This document shows, piece by piece, positions 49,012 to 59,886 of a DNA stretch of 64,000 nt; position 1 is the first letter of the stretch, and each line of letters starts with the position of its first letter. The translations under genes and the position numbers were made by a program. The notes below the pieces were generated by a model. It did no database searches. It was given only the letters and a program-made list of their open reading frames with translations, and was not told the origin of the DNA. The stretch is from an uncultured delta proteobacterium (GTDB taxonomy: Bacteria; Desulfobacterota; RBG-13-43-22): contig CAWBOS010000011.1 in NCBI GenBank assembly GCA_963790475.1, forward strand, positions 244,602 to 308,601, given 5' to 3'.

Positions 49012-50442
49012 TCATAAAACCGAGGATAAATAAACGAAAAGTGTCGTTCCCATATTTAGGTTGCTTTTTATCTCTATTTTACCACCATGCAGTTTTGCTA
49101 TTTCATTTCCTATACTTAATCCCAGGCCCGCTCCTTTTATCTCTTTTGAACGGGATTTGTCAACCCGGTAAAAACGGTCAAAAACCTTCTCTAAATCTTC
49201 TTCCGGTATACCGATGCCGGTATCTTTTATTTCGCAGACAAACCAGGGCAATTCTTTTTTAAAAGAAATGGTGATCTCCCCCTGGGGGATATTGTATTTA
49301 ATGGCGTTCTCTATAAGATTGGTGAATAACTCCACCAGCAAGGCTCGGTCTCCGGGAAACGAAACAGGGTCATTGAAAAAGTTCTTGATAATGATGCCCC
49401 TCTGTTCCGCCACCGGGGTCAGCAGTTTAACTGATTCCCGGACGATTTCGTCCAATTTTACGGTTTCTATCTTAAGGATTTCTTTATCGGCCCCCATTCG
49501 CGCGATGGCCAGGAGTTTTCGAATTATTTCCGACATGAGGACTGCCGCCTGATCGATATCCTTGAGGGCCTTTTGATAATCCCCTGCAGTCCGTACCCGC
49601 CTGAGAGTGATTTCACACTGGCTTATAATAACCGATAATGGCGTCCGGAGTTCATGGGAGGCATCGGCGGCGAATTGTCTCTGACGGTTGAATGACCCTT
49701 CAAGACGGTTGAAGCTGCGGTTGAAGGAAATGGCCAAGGTCTTTAATTCCGTCGGAATGCTCGCAACCTGAATACGTTCGGAGAGGTTGGATTCTGAAAT
49801 TTTGTCTATGGTCGCTGAGATATCTTTTACCGGCTGGAGGGCATTCCTGGCAATGATAAACCCGCCCGAAGCGGAGATCAGTAAAATGGAAAGGATGGAA
49901 AGAGCAAGAACCAGGCTATAGCGTTCAAGGGAATCTATCCGGTCGTCTATATCTTCGCCACACTGGATGATAAGGCCGTGGTTATACCCTTCTATCGTAG
50001 AGCTTTTTCCATTTTCAGGCTGAGTGTTTTCCTCCGGCACAAAAAAATTGATGACTCTGATCGGGGCGTCGTTTAAGCGGATGGTCCTGAAATTGGTCCT
50101 GTTTTCTTTTTTCCCCAAAGGTAACTCCTGGTTCCCGAGGGAAGCCGATTTTTCGAGTGTGACCCCATCCCTTTGGCGAATCTGGAAAAAGTGTTTTGAT
50201 TTTGGCGAATTATACTCCCACATGACCTCGTCTGAAAAATTGAATTCGGCTTCTTTATTAACATTTTTATCACTACGGACCAATGTCGCCAGCGCCCTGG
50301 CCCTGGACGTCAGACTGGAATCAATGGAATGGTGGACGATTTTACTGAGGCTGAAATAAAGGAATAACCCCAATAACGATAAAGTAACAAATAAGACGGC
50401 CAAGTAGAAGACAATGATCCTGGCCTTCATAGAGGAGAACAT
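49012..50442 (-). CDS. Heavy-metal-type sensor histidine kinase
   Basis: ADASHELRTPL, NLIENAIKY, FYRVDKSRS and GLGL motifs. Confidence 0.95.
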   Translation of the reverse strand: MFSSMKARIIVFYLAVLFVTLSLLGLFLYFSLSKIVHHSIDSSLTSRARALATLVRSDKNVNKEAEFNFSDEVMWEYNSPKSKHFFQIRQRDGVTLEKSASLGNQELPLGKKENRTNFRTIRLNDAPIRVINFFVPEENTQPENGKSSTIEGYNHGLIIQCGEDIDDRIDSLERYSLVLALSILSILLISASGGFIIARNALQPVKDISATIDKISESNLSERIQVASIPTELKTLAISFNRSFNRLEGSFNRQRQFAADASHELRTPLSVIISQCEITLRRVRTAGDYQKALKDIDQAAVLMSEIIRKLLAIARMGADKEILKIETVKLDEIVRESVKLLTPVAEQRGIIIKNFFNDPVSFPGDRALLVELFTNLIENAIKYNIPQGEITISFKKELPWFVCEIKDTGIGIPEEDLEKVFDRFYRVDKSRSKEIKGAGLGLSIGNEIAKLHGGKIEIKSNLNMGTTLFVYLSSVL

Positions 50443-50445
50443 CGG

Positions 50446-51114
50446 TCACTCCTTCAGCATATAGCCGGCTCCCCGGATCGTTTGGATGAGCTTTTTATCA
50501 GATTCCCGGTCGATCTTATTCCGGATACGGTTGACGAATACATCGATGACATTGCTGTCAAGATCAAAATCCTGATCGTAAATATGTTCAGTCAAAACGG
50601 TCCGGCTGAGGACTTTATTTTTGTGGATAGCCATGTACTCCAGAAGGGCATACTCTTTGGCCGAAAGTAACACAGGATTTCCCCCCCGTTGGACCTGGTG
50701 AGCGGCCATATCTATCACCAGATCCTCTATTATGATCATCGAGGTCCCCGCCTGGGAATTCCTGCGCACTAAAGCCCGAATGCGGGCCAAGAGCTCATCG
50801 AAAGAAAAAGGTTTAGTAAGATAGTCGTCGGCACCGCCATCCAGCCCTGTTATTTTGTCGGTGATGGTGTCTTTGGCCGTCAGCATCAGGACCGGCGTAA
50901 GTATCCCCTTTTGGCGGACATTTTTTAAAATGGTGATTCCGTCAATAACGGGCAGCATAATATCCAGGATGATCAGGTCGGAAGCCTCATTTTCAGCCTT
51001 AAAAAGTCCGTCTTCGCCGTCATAAGCCACATCGACCGCGTAGCCTTCTTCCTCTAATCCCTTTTTAAGGATGTCGGCCAGGGATTTTTCATCTTCAACG
51101 ATCAATAACCGCAT
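50446..51114 (-). CDS. OmpR-family response regulator
   Basis: REC domain + winged helix (TIRGAGY). Confidence 0.95.
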   Translation of the reverse strand: MRLLIVEDEKSLADILKKGLEEEGYAVDVAYDGEDGLFKAENEASDLIILDIMLPVIDGITILKNVRQKGILTPVLMLTAKDTITDKITGLDGGADDYLTKPFSFDELLARIRALVRRNSQAGTSMIIIEDLVIDMAAHQVQRGGNPVLLSAKEYALLEYMAIHKNKVLSRTVLTEHIYDQDFDLDSNVIDVFVNRIRNKIDRESDKKLIQTIRGAGYMLKE

Positions 51115-51120
51115 CGTAGG

Positions 51121-54100
51121 TTATTCCTCTAAATTCGATGAATTCATCAAGGATTTTTTTGAAGATAATAAGTGATACAAGGTCGGCATAACAATCAAAA
51201 TCAGGGGGATCTGAATCAACAGCCCGGAAATAATGGCGATGGCCAGGGGTTGTTGCATGGCCGATCCCTGGCCGATGGCCAGGGCCAGGGGCAACAGGGT
51301 CAGGATGGTCACAAAGGTGGACATGACGATGGCCCGCATCCGGTTTTTGCCGGCCTCGATCAGGGCCGGAAGGGTCTCCCTGGTTTCTGAGATTAATAAA
51401 AGATCTCCATATTCCGAAAAATAAAAGATGGCCACTTCGGTGACGATGCCGACGATCATGGTCATGCCCATCATGGCAGAGATATTGAGTTCGATTCCGG
51501 TCAGCCATAAGCCAATAAATACTGCCGATAAGGATAATAAGGGAATGGCCATGATGGCCAGAACAATCCGAAAGCGTTCATATAAAAACAGGAGCAATAA
51601 AAAGACCAGGGCAATCGCGGCAACAAATACGGCCATGAGCCCTTTGAAAGCAATCTGTTGCTGTTTATACATGCCCCCTAATTCAAAGTAGACCCCCTGG
51701 GGGATTAGACCGGGTTCCTTCAAGACCCGGCCCACCTCACCCATAACCGACCCCAGGTCACGGCCGCTGATGCGGCCGGTAACGGCCACCATGGGTTTCA
51801 AGTTTTCACTGGTGATCTCCGGCTGTCCGGAGACAGGCACTAATTCGGCTATCCGCCTCAAAGGGAATGAATGACCATCAGGCGCGCGTAATAATAAATT
51901 GCCAATGGTGCTGGTCGATTCTCGTAGGCCCTGGGGAATCCAGACCCGAACCCCGATCATTTTAACCTCCTTTTGAATTCTCGTGGTTACCGTACCCGTC
52001 AGGTAGTCGTTCAGCATACGGGTAATACTCTCGGGATCGACGCCCTCCAGGGCGGCCTTGATCCGATCCACCTTGATCTCCAGGGCATCCCCGGCCAGGA
52101 CGATACCGTTTTTGACATCCACCACGCCCCGAACACGGTTGATGACCGCCGCTACCCTGGGCGCCAGGGACCGGAGTTGGGAAAGATGGTCCGAATAGAG
52201 CTTGATTTCTATGGGTTGGGGAACGGCGGTTAAATCCCCGATCAGGTCTTCCATGAGCAGGGCCAGTTCAATTTTAACCCCGGGCACCGTCTGCTCGATT
52301 TTACCTCGAATTTCATCCATAATCTGGTCGATGGGACGTCTGGGCAAGGGTTTCAGACGAATAAAAAAATCGCTGGAATTGGCTTCGGTCAGACCTCCGC
52401 CTAACTGGGTGCCGGTCCGCCGCGAATAAGTCCGCACCTCCGGGGTGGTTTTAATAATGTCCTCTATTTGCCGTAACAAACGATCGGTCTCCGAAAGGGC
52501 CGTTCCGGCCTGGGTACGGCAATCCAGGATGAAGCCGCCTTCATCCATGTGGGGCATAAAACCGGACCCCACCTGGCGATATCCCATAACCCCCGCCAGC
52601 AGCAGGGGAATAATCCCGAATAAAATAAATACAGGCCGTTTCAGAACCCGCTCCATCAGCCAGGCATATCGACCATGCACATAAGTTGTCCATCGGCCAC
52701 CCTCTTTTTGTTCGGCATCTTTTTTACCCAAGAGATGGTCGGCCAGAAGGGGAACGGCCAAAAAAGTGATCAGGTAGGAAAAAACCAGGGCCGCGGCTAT
52801 TGTCAGCGAGAGGGCCTTGAAAAAGGCCCCGGTAACCCCGCTTAAAAAGGCCAGGGGTAAAAAGATAATGATCGTGGCCGAAGAGGACCCGGAAAGGGGC
52901 TGGGCGAATTCACGGGCCGCGGCCATGACTCGGCCCCGATGCTCCCCCCCGCCGGCCCGCAAGCGGCGCATGATATGCTCGACCATGACGATGACATCGT
53001 CGATGATCAGCCCCACGGCCGCGGCCATGCCCCCCAGGGTCATAATATTGAAACTCATTTTCAGCACATAAAGCAGGAGGATGGTGGCGGTCAGGACCGT
53101 GGGCACAATGATGACGGCAATCAAGGTAATTTTGAAATTGCGCAGAAAAAGGAGTAAGACCAGTGCCCCGAGGAGGATGCCGATAATCAGGGCGTCGCGC
53201 ACGCTGCCGGCCGAGGCCAAAATCAATTCGCTCTGGTCATACCAGTTGCTGATATGGACATCTTTGGGGAGCTGGGAATGAAAGGCGGCCAGTTTGGCCT
53301 TGATATCTTGAGCGATCCGGACGGTATTGCCCCCCAATTGCTGGTAGATATTGACCAGCACGGCCTCATGACCGTCGGCAGTCACCCGCAGCCACTGGGG
53401 AACCGTATTGCTTTGGACGTCAGCCACATCTTCCAGGCGGACCAGACCGTTAGGACCGCTGCGCAGGATGGTTTGACGAATTTGATCCAGGCTGGTCAGA
53501 CGGGTGTCGGACATGACCAGGTACAATTTATAATGGTCCTCCAGGCGTCCTACGGCCGTGATCACATTGGCCGCGGTCAGGGCCTGGGCCACGTCATTCA
53601 GGGTCAGGCCATAGGTTTGCAGTCGGGCCGGGTCCACGGTGACCCGGTATTCTTCCCTGGCCCCACCCTGCACCTGGACCCGGGAGACCCCGTTCACGCT
53701 GGATAATAAGGGGACTAACTGGTATCTGGCCAAGTCATACAATTCGGTCAGGGAATGCCGGTCGGAAACAAGGCTGTAGGCTGATACGGGAAATACCGTC
53801 GGGTCCCTCCGGGTCACCTCGAAGGTCGTCCCTGCCGGCAATTGGGGTAAGACCCGGCTGACGGCCGACCCGGCCTGCAGCAGCGAAGCGACCATATCGG
53901 CCCCCCAATCAAAGTCGGCGAAGATTTCAGCGCTGCCGCGGCTGCTGGTGGAGCGTACGGATTTTACCCCGGGTACGGCCCTCAAGGCCTCTTCAACCGG
54001 CCGTGTGACCTCCAATTCCATCAATTCTGCGGCCCGGTCTCCGGCATCTAAGGAAACGACCACCCTTGGAAAATCAATCGTCGGGAATAAGGAAACGGGT

Positions 54101-54198
54101 ATTTTAAAAGACAGGACCGCACCGGCCACAGCCAGGACCAGGACGACAAACAAGATGGAGCGTCTGTGGTCTTGTATTTTGAGGATAATAGAGCTCAT
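51121..54198 (-). CDS. RND efflux permease (CusA/CzcA-like)
   Basis: 1025 aa; FNIMTLGG...GLIIDD and R.R.I.M.T...LLPLAL motifs. Confidence 0.93.
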   Translation of the reverse strand: MSSIILKIQDHRRSILFVVLVLAVAGAVLSFKIPVSLFPTIDFPRVVVSLDAGDRAAELMELEVTRPVEEALRAVPGVKSVRSTSSRGSAEIFADFDWGADMVASLLQAGSAVSRVLPQLPAGTTFEVTRRDPTVFPVSAYSLVSDRHSLTELYDLARYQLVPLLSSVNGVSRVQVQGGAREEYRVTVDPARLQTYGLTLNDVAQALTAANVITAVGRLEDHYKLYLVMSDTRLTSLDQIRQTILRSGPNGLVRLEDVADVQSNTVPQWLRVTADGHEAVLVNIYQQLGGNTVRIAQDIKAKLAAFHSQLPKDVHISNWYDQSELILASAGSVRDALIIGILLGALVLLLFLRNFKITLIAVIIVPTVLTATILLLYVLKMSFNIMTLGGMAAAVGLIIDDVIVMVEHIMRRLRAGGGEHRGRVMAAAREFAQPLSGSSSATIIIFLPLAFLSGVTGAFFKALSLTIAAALVFSYLITFLAVPLLADHLLGKKDAEQKEGGRWTTYVHGRYAWLMERVLKRPVFILFGIIPLLLAGVMGYRQVGSGFMPHMDEGGFILDCRTQAGTALSETDRLLRQIEDIIKTTPEVRTYSRRTGTQLGGGLTEANSSDFFIRLKPLPRRPIDQIMDEIRGKIEQTVPGVKIELALLMEDLIGDLTAVPQPIEIKLYSDHLSQLRSLAPRVAAVINRVRGVVDVKNGIVLAGDALEIKVDRIKAALEGVDPESITRMLNDYLTGTVTTRIQKEVKMIGVRVWIPQGLRESTSTIGNLLLRAPDGHSFPLRRIAELVPVSGQPEITSENLKPMVAVTGRISGRDLGSVMGEVGRVLKEPGLIPQGVYFELGGMYKQQQIAFKGLMAVFVAAIALVFLLLLFLYERFRIVLAIMAIPLLSLSAVFIGLWLTGIELNISAMMGMTMIVGIVTEVAIFYFSEYGDLLLISETRETLPALIEAGKNRMRAIVMSTFVTILTLLPLALAIGQGSAMQQPLAIAIISGLLIQIPLILIVMPTLYHLLSSKKSLMNSSNLEE

Positions 54199-55232
54199 CG
54201 GCCCTCCCGGACGGCCATTCCGTCTTTTAGTTCGTAGTTTCCCAAGACAACGACCCGGTCATTTTCCCGAAACGGCCCGGTGATACCGACCAAACCCTTG
54301 CTTTCAATGGCAGTCTTTACCCTGACTCGACGGGCCAGGCCCTCTCTGACCACGAAAACATAGGCCCCCTGATCATCCTTAAGAACGGCCTGACGCGGTA
54401 CGGCCGGACCACGGTACTCATTGAGAAAAATTTCTCCTCGGACGGACATACCGGGCAGTAAAGGAGCGGCCTGATTATTTTTAAAGTCAACCGTGACATC
54501 CACCAGTTTTGTCTGCGGGTTAACCTGACCATGGACCTTCCGGATCAGACCAGATCCCCGAATGGACCCATCAAATACTGAAGTCACGTAAACCAATGTG
54601 CCTGGTCTGACTTTGGACCGGTCTTCCGGCTCAATGCCCAGGACCACCAGCAATCCGTCAGTCCGGGCCAGTTGCAGGGCCGTCGTTCCCATTTGGATCC
54701 GTTCCCCCTGGACTGCCTTCAAATCATTCACCAGTCCGTCAAAGGGGGCCAGCAATAGTTCCTTTTTCCTGTCCGTTCCCAATTTCTTTTGGGCCGCCAA
54801 AGCAGCTTCGGCATCGATCAAGGTCTTTTGGGCCTGGGCAATCTGGGACCGGGTGGCCAATTGTTCGGAGGCCAGACTTTGCAGGCGGGTCAAATCGTGT
54901 CTGGCCAAGTCTACGGCCGACTGGGCCTGGACATAACCGACACTGTCCTGAGGACTGGTCTCGAATTCCAGGAGGGGCAGCCCCTTTTTGACCATTTCAC
55001 CCGTGCTGACCAAAATACGGGTGATCTGCCCGGCCCGGGGAAAATTGAGACTAAGGACCTTATCCGGATTCAGGGTTATTGTGCCGTAACAGGACAAATG
55101 GTCGGTAAGATGATATCGGCCCAAGGGCTGGGTTTGGACCAGGGCGCTGGGCTGGGCCTCAGCCCAGGCCGTCTGGAAAAGGCCGGAAATACAGAGGAGC
55201 CCTATGCTTAAAAGACAAAATATTTTCCTCAT
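54195..55232 (-). CDS. RND efflux periplasmic adaptor (MFP)
   Basis: Lipoyl-like halves, APFDG and LLPGM...VPRQAV motifs. Confidence 0.92.
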   Translation of the reverse strand: MRKIFCLLSIGLLCISGLFQTAWAEAQPSALVQTQPLGRYHLTDHLSCYGTITLNPDKVLSLNFPRAGQITRILVSTGEMVKKGLPLLEFETSPQDSVGYVQAQSAVDLARHDLTRLQSLASEQLATRSQIAQAQKTLIDAEAALAAQKKLGTDRKKELLLAPFDGLVNDLKAVQGERIQMGTTALQLARTDGLLVVLGIEPEDRSKVRPGTLVYVTSVFDGSIRGSGLIRKVHGQVNPQTKLVDVTVDFKNNQAAPLLPGMSVRGEIFLNEYRGPAVPRQAVLKDDQGAYVFVVREGLARRVRVKTAIESKGLVGITGPFRENDRVVVLGNYELKDGMAVREGR

Positions 55233-55292
55233 ATTATTCTCTCATTCCTGCTTTCGGCAATCGCCACGAATCATGAAAAGTGAAGAGTATTT

Positions 55293-55327
55293 ATTCTGAA
55301 TTCTGACTCCTGGATTCTGGATTCTTA
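55293..55327. repeat. Intergenic heptamer tandem repeat
   Basis: attctga attctga ctcctgg attctgg attctta. Confidence 0.7.
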
Positions 55328-55342
55328 TTTTATATTTTCATA

Positions 55343-56725
55343 CTAACGGGGCCTTTCTTCAAATTGAATTCCTGCCGGCGAAAGGGTGAAAGGAATTTTG
55401 CTCCCCAGCAGGATTTGTAAAGCGATGCGTTGTTCCAACAGGGTTTGTTCCAAGGTAATGGTTTCCAGGCGTTTATTGAGAAAGGCCGTCATAAATCGGG
55501 TGTAGGCCGGTCCATCCAGGTTGCCGGCCTCCAGGGCCTTTTGAGCACGCCCGGCGGAAACTTCCAGTTCGGGCAGAATGCCCCGGGCTGACTCATACTG
55601 CTTCATGCTCAGTTTCCATTCAGCCAACAGCCGAGCCACCTGAGATGCAGCTTCATTCAAACGGGCCTGGTATTCGTCATATAACCGTTGGCGGGTGGCC
55701 CGCTCTATGGCGATATTGCCCTGATTGCGATTGAAAATGGGTAAGGTTATGGCAATGCCGAAGCCGGCCGTGTATATCCCGCTGGTATCCCGGGCATGGG
55801 TAAAGCCGATGTTGAGCGCCGGGAATTGGGCTAAAATCGCCTGGCGAAAACGTTGTTCCTGACTGGCATAACCGGCTTGCAAGGCCAACAGGTCCGGCCG
55901 GCGCAGGGGCAAGCGGGAAAGAAGGGTTTCGATCTTTGACGGGTCCGGCTCCGGGAGGTCCATTGCCCCGGTCAGGTCGAGTAGGACGGTCGGTGCCAGG
56001 CCCAACAAGGCCTTTAGGTCATGACTGGTTTTACTGATTTGCCGTTCGAGGTCATTCAGACGTGAGGTAGCCTCCTGCCAGGCTATTAGATCGGCGCTGG
56101 ATGTTTCCAGGGTAAGATCCCCTTGGTTCAAGGCCTTTTGGGTTCGCTGATACTGGTCCGCAAAAAAGGCCTGGTACGATTGCAGGATAGGTCTCATTTT
56201 TTCTTCGGCCCGGCTTTTCACAAATAAAAGCCGCGCCTGCTGGACCACCTGCCATTCCTGCCACAAGACGGTCAAATCGACCTTAAGACTATCGGCCCGG
56301 GCGGCGTCGATGGCGGCATTTCGGGTTATCAAGGCATTAAGGTCGTAATTCAGTCCCATATTAAAGGCATTCACCAGGGCCGGATCGCCGTTGACGGGAA
56401 AATCCAACCCGCCGGTGAATTGGGGGTTGGGCAGAATACCGGCGGCCATCAATTGGGCCCTGGCTATCCCTTGCTCATCCCGGGCCGTTTTCAGATCAGG
56501 ATTGTTGAGGACTGCCAATATAGCAACTTCAGTCATATCCAAACCGTCATCGGGATTGAAGGGATGGGCGGCCAATTCCGGCCAGGGCATTTTTTGAGGC
56601 TGGATAACTAAATGCGGCACCCGGTCCAGCAAGGTCGGCTGAAAATTGAGTGGTTTGGGCTTATAATGGGCACAACCGCCCAGACCCGCAAAAATCAGCA
56701 GGAAAATCAGAAAAGACTTTTTCAA
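55343..56725 (-). CDS. TolC-family outer membrane efflux lipoprotein
   Basis: LGGC lipobox; NNPDL, RRPDL and LPIFNRNQG motifs. Confidence 0.92.
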   Translation of the reverse strand: MKKSFLIFLLIFAGLGGCAHYKPKPLNFQPTLLDRVPHLVIQPQKMPWPELAAHPFNPDDGLDMTEVAILAVLNNPDLKTARDEQGIARAQLMAAGILPNPQFTGGLDFPVNGDPALVNAFNMGLNYDLNALITRNAAIDAARADSLKVDLTVLWQEWQVVQQARLLFVKSRAEEKMRPILQSYQAFFADQYQRTQKALNQGDLTLETSSADLIAWQEATSRLNDLERQISKTSHDLKALLGLAPTVLLDLTGAMDLPEPDPSKIETLLSRLPLRRPDLLALQAGYASQEQRFRQAILAQFPALNIGFTHARDTSGIYTAGFGIAITLPIFNRNQGNIAIERATRQRLYDEYQARLNEAASQVARLLAEWKLSMKQYESARGILPELEVSAGRAQKALEAGNLDGPAYTRFMTAFLNKRLETITLEQTLLEQRIALQILLGSKIPFTLSPAGIQFEERPR

Positions 56726-57261
56726 AATTTTGCGGCCCCCTTTTTTCTCCTGAAGGCGATAAGCATAAATACAGTTCCCAGAACAATGGGTTCTCCCACG
56801 GCTACAGGAAGGACGTTGTTCGGGTTCAACCTGAGTATGCGTTTGACCTCAAGATGGGACATGACACTGCTTATTGGGGTATCATTATTTTTATCCACCA
56901 CTGTTATATAGGCCACATAACTTCCGGAATCGATCAGACGCATGGGCCATCGCCCTTCATAGGTCCCCCGGGGCGGAATGGTCTCTACTTTGATGGCCTT
57001 GTTGGCGCTCCAGTCCTCAAGATCCATGGGCGATTCTTTTCCTCGGGTCACATTGGCTAGTGAAATGTAAGCGATAATATTGTTAACAGCTTGGTCGGAA
57101 TTATTGGTTATTGTCCCCGTATAGGTTATTTTGTCCCCCATATTAGCCTGGAGGGAAGGCGGATTAATGAAGACCGAGATACGGCTTGCCGCCAGGGTAT
57201 TGGAATAATATACCATTATGGCCAGAAAACTGGTTGATAAAAATAATAGGGTGCGTTTCAT
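56722..57261 (-). CDS. Exported Ig-like protein with a C-terminal membrane anchor
   Basis: Signal peptide, beta-rich body, C-terminal TM followed by RRKK. Confidence 0.65.
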   Translation of the reverse strand: MKRTLLFLSTSFLAIMVYYSNTLAASRISVFINPPSLQANMGDKITYTGTITNNSDQAVNNIIAYISLANVTRGKESPMDLEDWSANKAIKVETIPPRGTYEGRWPMRLIDSGSYVAYITVVDKNNDTPISSVMSHLEVKRILRLNPNNVLPVAVGEPIVLGTVFMLIAFRRKKGAAKF

Positions 57262-57270
57262 TTTATTACC

Positions 57271-57888
57271 TCACATTTCCAGTCTGGATACACTTCTTTT
57301 CAAAAACCACAAGGAAAGAACGGTGTAGCCGCAGATAATGGCCACCCGACCGGCCTGAAAACTGAAGCCCTGGCTGTCGATGACCACGCTGTCAAAGGTA
57401 TTGAGGGCATCGGCCAGGGGATTTATAAAATCGAGGGCCAGCCCGAACCATGTCCCCCGCAAAGCGGCCGAGATGAAAATAGGGAACCCGGCCAGCAGAA
57501 AGATAAAGAAGGAGAGAATCAGGGAGTTTTTTATGGACTTTATCCTGGCTGAAAGCCCCAGAGAAAAGGCGGAAAAAATAACGGCCAGAAGCGTTCCGAG
57601 GACGGCCAGATAAATGATTCCGATAGTCACGTTCTGTCCCCCTTTCCCGACGACAAAAAGATAAGGCAGGGAAATGACCAAAATAATTCCCCAGTTGGTT
57701 AAGGCCGCTCCCAGCTTCCCCAGGGCAATTTCCATCTTGCTCACCGGGCTGCGGATGGTCGTGGTCTTCCCCGCCCCATTCGGACCCAGGAATCCGAAAA
57801 TGTCACCTTCTCCTACCTCGAAATCAAGGCCGTCCAGGGCCGTGTGGGACTCATATTTTTTAACCAGCCCCTCTACACTAATAATCAT
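57271..57888 (-). pseudogene. In-frame deletion fusion of an ABC ATPase N-terminus to an ABC-2 permease C-terminus
   Basis: [12 protein letters not shown] joined at ~57750 to [13 protein letters not shown]...; no Walker B or signature motif. Confidence 0.8.
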
Positions 57889-58006
57889 GGCTGCCCTCCT
57901 TATTTCATTATAATTGCCTCACGGTTACAAGGGATTACAATCCGGCTTGGAACTCCCTCCCTATTTTAGGGGGGAGGGGGCGGAAACAGTTCCGTCCCGA
58001 TGGTTA

Positions 58007-58408
58007 TTACTTTTCGTTTTCTTTATGGCCATTGTCGGAATCTTCTCTTTCATGGTCTTCATGGTCTTTCCGGTCGGTTTCGATCTTGAGAACCTCTCCG
58101 TTTCCGGCATCTACCTTTACATCCGCTATCTGCCGGTCGGCCTTGGCGACCTCAACCCCGTAGACAAGATAGCCGTCCTCATTTTCGAGTTCCGCCTTGA
58201 TCACCTTTCCCGGTACCGCCTTAAGGGCCTCGTTCATGGCCGAATCGAAGGAAATTTTGGCCATCTCGGCAAATCCGGCTTCGTCATCGCCTTTTATTGA
58301 CAGGCTGCCCGCAGGCTTTTCCTGAAGCGCGTAAACTCCGACAATGGCGAAAAGGGACACCAGAGCGATTCCTCCCATAATTGTTATTATCTTTTTCATA
58401 GTGATCAC
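58007..58408 (-). CDS. PepSY-domain protein
   Basis: AKISFDSA..EAL.AVPGKVIKAELE.E...VYGVE...VDAGNGEVL. Confidence 0.9.
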   Translation of the reverse strand: MITMKKIITIMGGIALVSLFAIVGVYALQEKPAGSLSIKGDDEAGFAEMAKISFDSAMNEALKAVPGKVIKAELENEDGYLVYGVEVAKADRQIADVKVDAGNGEVLKIETDRKDHEDHEREDSDNGHKENEK

Positions 58409-58880
58409 CTCCTTTCTTTTATAACGCTGTGTACTGCAAGCCTTCGTTTGATCTCAACTTACAGGCCCATTATAAGAAGGGAAGATTACAGGAAGATGAA
58501 CGCCCGAAATAAATCATCCGGACCAATGAATTTTTGATCAACTTCATTTACGGTTGGTTATGGTTTAAGGATGGGCGGCAAATACCCGCCCCCGGATCTG
58601 AGGGAGGATTTGGTATTGTTTTAGCCTGTCGCAACAAGTCGGTGGCTCGGGGTTGGCAAAGGACGAAAGGTTTCCTGGAGTGAAGGATCAGTCTAAAGGC
58701 ACCCAGCGGTGAGTGATTTCCCGGGGTCTGACCTGGACCAGGAGAAACCCATATTCCGGTTTCCCGAAATTGTATCTACTGTAGAGCTATTACAGTTAAC
58801 AATAAAAATTCTTGAGAATAAAGCTAATATAATATAAAGATTCTTTCAAATATTATTATTCCGCTCGCTGGAGTCAAAGA

Positions 58881-59870
58881 ATGAAACGAATTTTTATCCC
58901 TTCACTTATCCTGCTTATTCAAATTTTCCTGATCCCTGCCTCTCAGGCCTTGGTCACCCTCCCCGAAAAACCGGTCGAAGAGCACCCTCTGGACGTAGTC
59001 CTTCTCCGCGACTTTCCTCTTCCGGTATCCGAGCAGACTATCCGGGACGAAGGACTTAAAATCCTGGTTTTCGGGGACAGCGGCACCGGGGATGAGATTC
59101 AGTTCAAAGTCGCCCGGGCCATGCAGAATTTTTGCGCTCGACAGGGGTGCCACCTGGCCCTCATGCTGGGAGATAATATTCACCCTACCGGGGTAATGTC
59201 GATCAACGACCCGCAGTTCATCGAAAAATTCGAAAAACCCTACGCTACCCTGAATTTACCGGTATTCACCATCCTGGGGGAACACGACTGGGGGCGAAAA
59301 GGAAATATGTACAATTGGCGGGCCCAGATCGACTATACCAAAAAATCCAAGTACTGGCGTATGCCTTCAGACGTCTACTCCCTGACCATCGGCGATATAA
59401 AAATCATAGCCCTGAATACCAATTCCTTCCCGGTTTCCAAAGTACAGAAGAGTTGGCTGAAGAAGGAACTGGAAGATTCCCTGGCCCGGTGGAACGTGGT
59501 CATGGGGCACAAACCTATATTTTCCTATGGTTATCATGGTGACACCGACTTTCTCATTCAGGATGTCCTCCCCCTGCTCTGTGACAAGGTCGACCTCTAC
59601 CTTTCCGCCCATGAGCACAAACAACAGGTTTTGAAGGCCGACTGCGGCCTGCCGCTGGTCGTTTCCGGGTCGGCGGGTAAACTGCGACCCGAGGAGGAAA
59701 CCGGGCCCCGGGCCCTTTTCAATCTGCCGGAGCCGGGCTTTGCCTACCTTTGGATCAAGAAGGATGAAATGATCGTTCAGATACTGATCGGACCAAGGAA
59801 TCGTCCGTTATCAAATGGTGATCCCCAAAGAACCCTCAGACCGGAAGATATTGAAACCGGTATCTTCTAA
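58881..59870 (+). CDS. Secreted metallophosphoesterase (purple acid phosphatase-like)
   Basis: GDSG, LGDN, GEHD, GHKP and AHEH motifs. Confidence 0.88.
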   Translation: MKRIFIPSLILLIQIFLIPASQALVTLPEKPVEEHPLDVVLLRDFPLPVSEQTIRDEGLKILVFGDSGTGDEIQFKVARAMQNFCARQGCHLALMLGDNIHPTGVMSINDPQFIEKFEKPYATLNLPVFTILGEHDWGRKGNMYNWRAQIDYTKKSKYWRMPSDVYSLTIGDIKIIALNTNSFPVSKVQKSWLKKELEDSLARWNVVMGHKPIFSYGYHGDTDFLIQDVLPLLCDKVDLYLSAHEHKQQVLKADCGLPLVVSGSAGKLRPEEETGPRALFNLPEPGFAYLWIKKDEMIVQILIGPRNRPLSNGDPQRTLRPEDIETGIF

Positions 59871-59886
59871 ACAGTGAGGAAGGACC

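Noticed and set aside
58640-58775. Possible c-di-GMP-I (GEMM) riboswitch (ggcaaa..gaaa..gtctaaagg..ccgaaat)
   Set aside because: The stems do not pair convincingly and the GACGCAAA/GGAAAG core is missing. An Rfam search would settle it.
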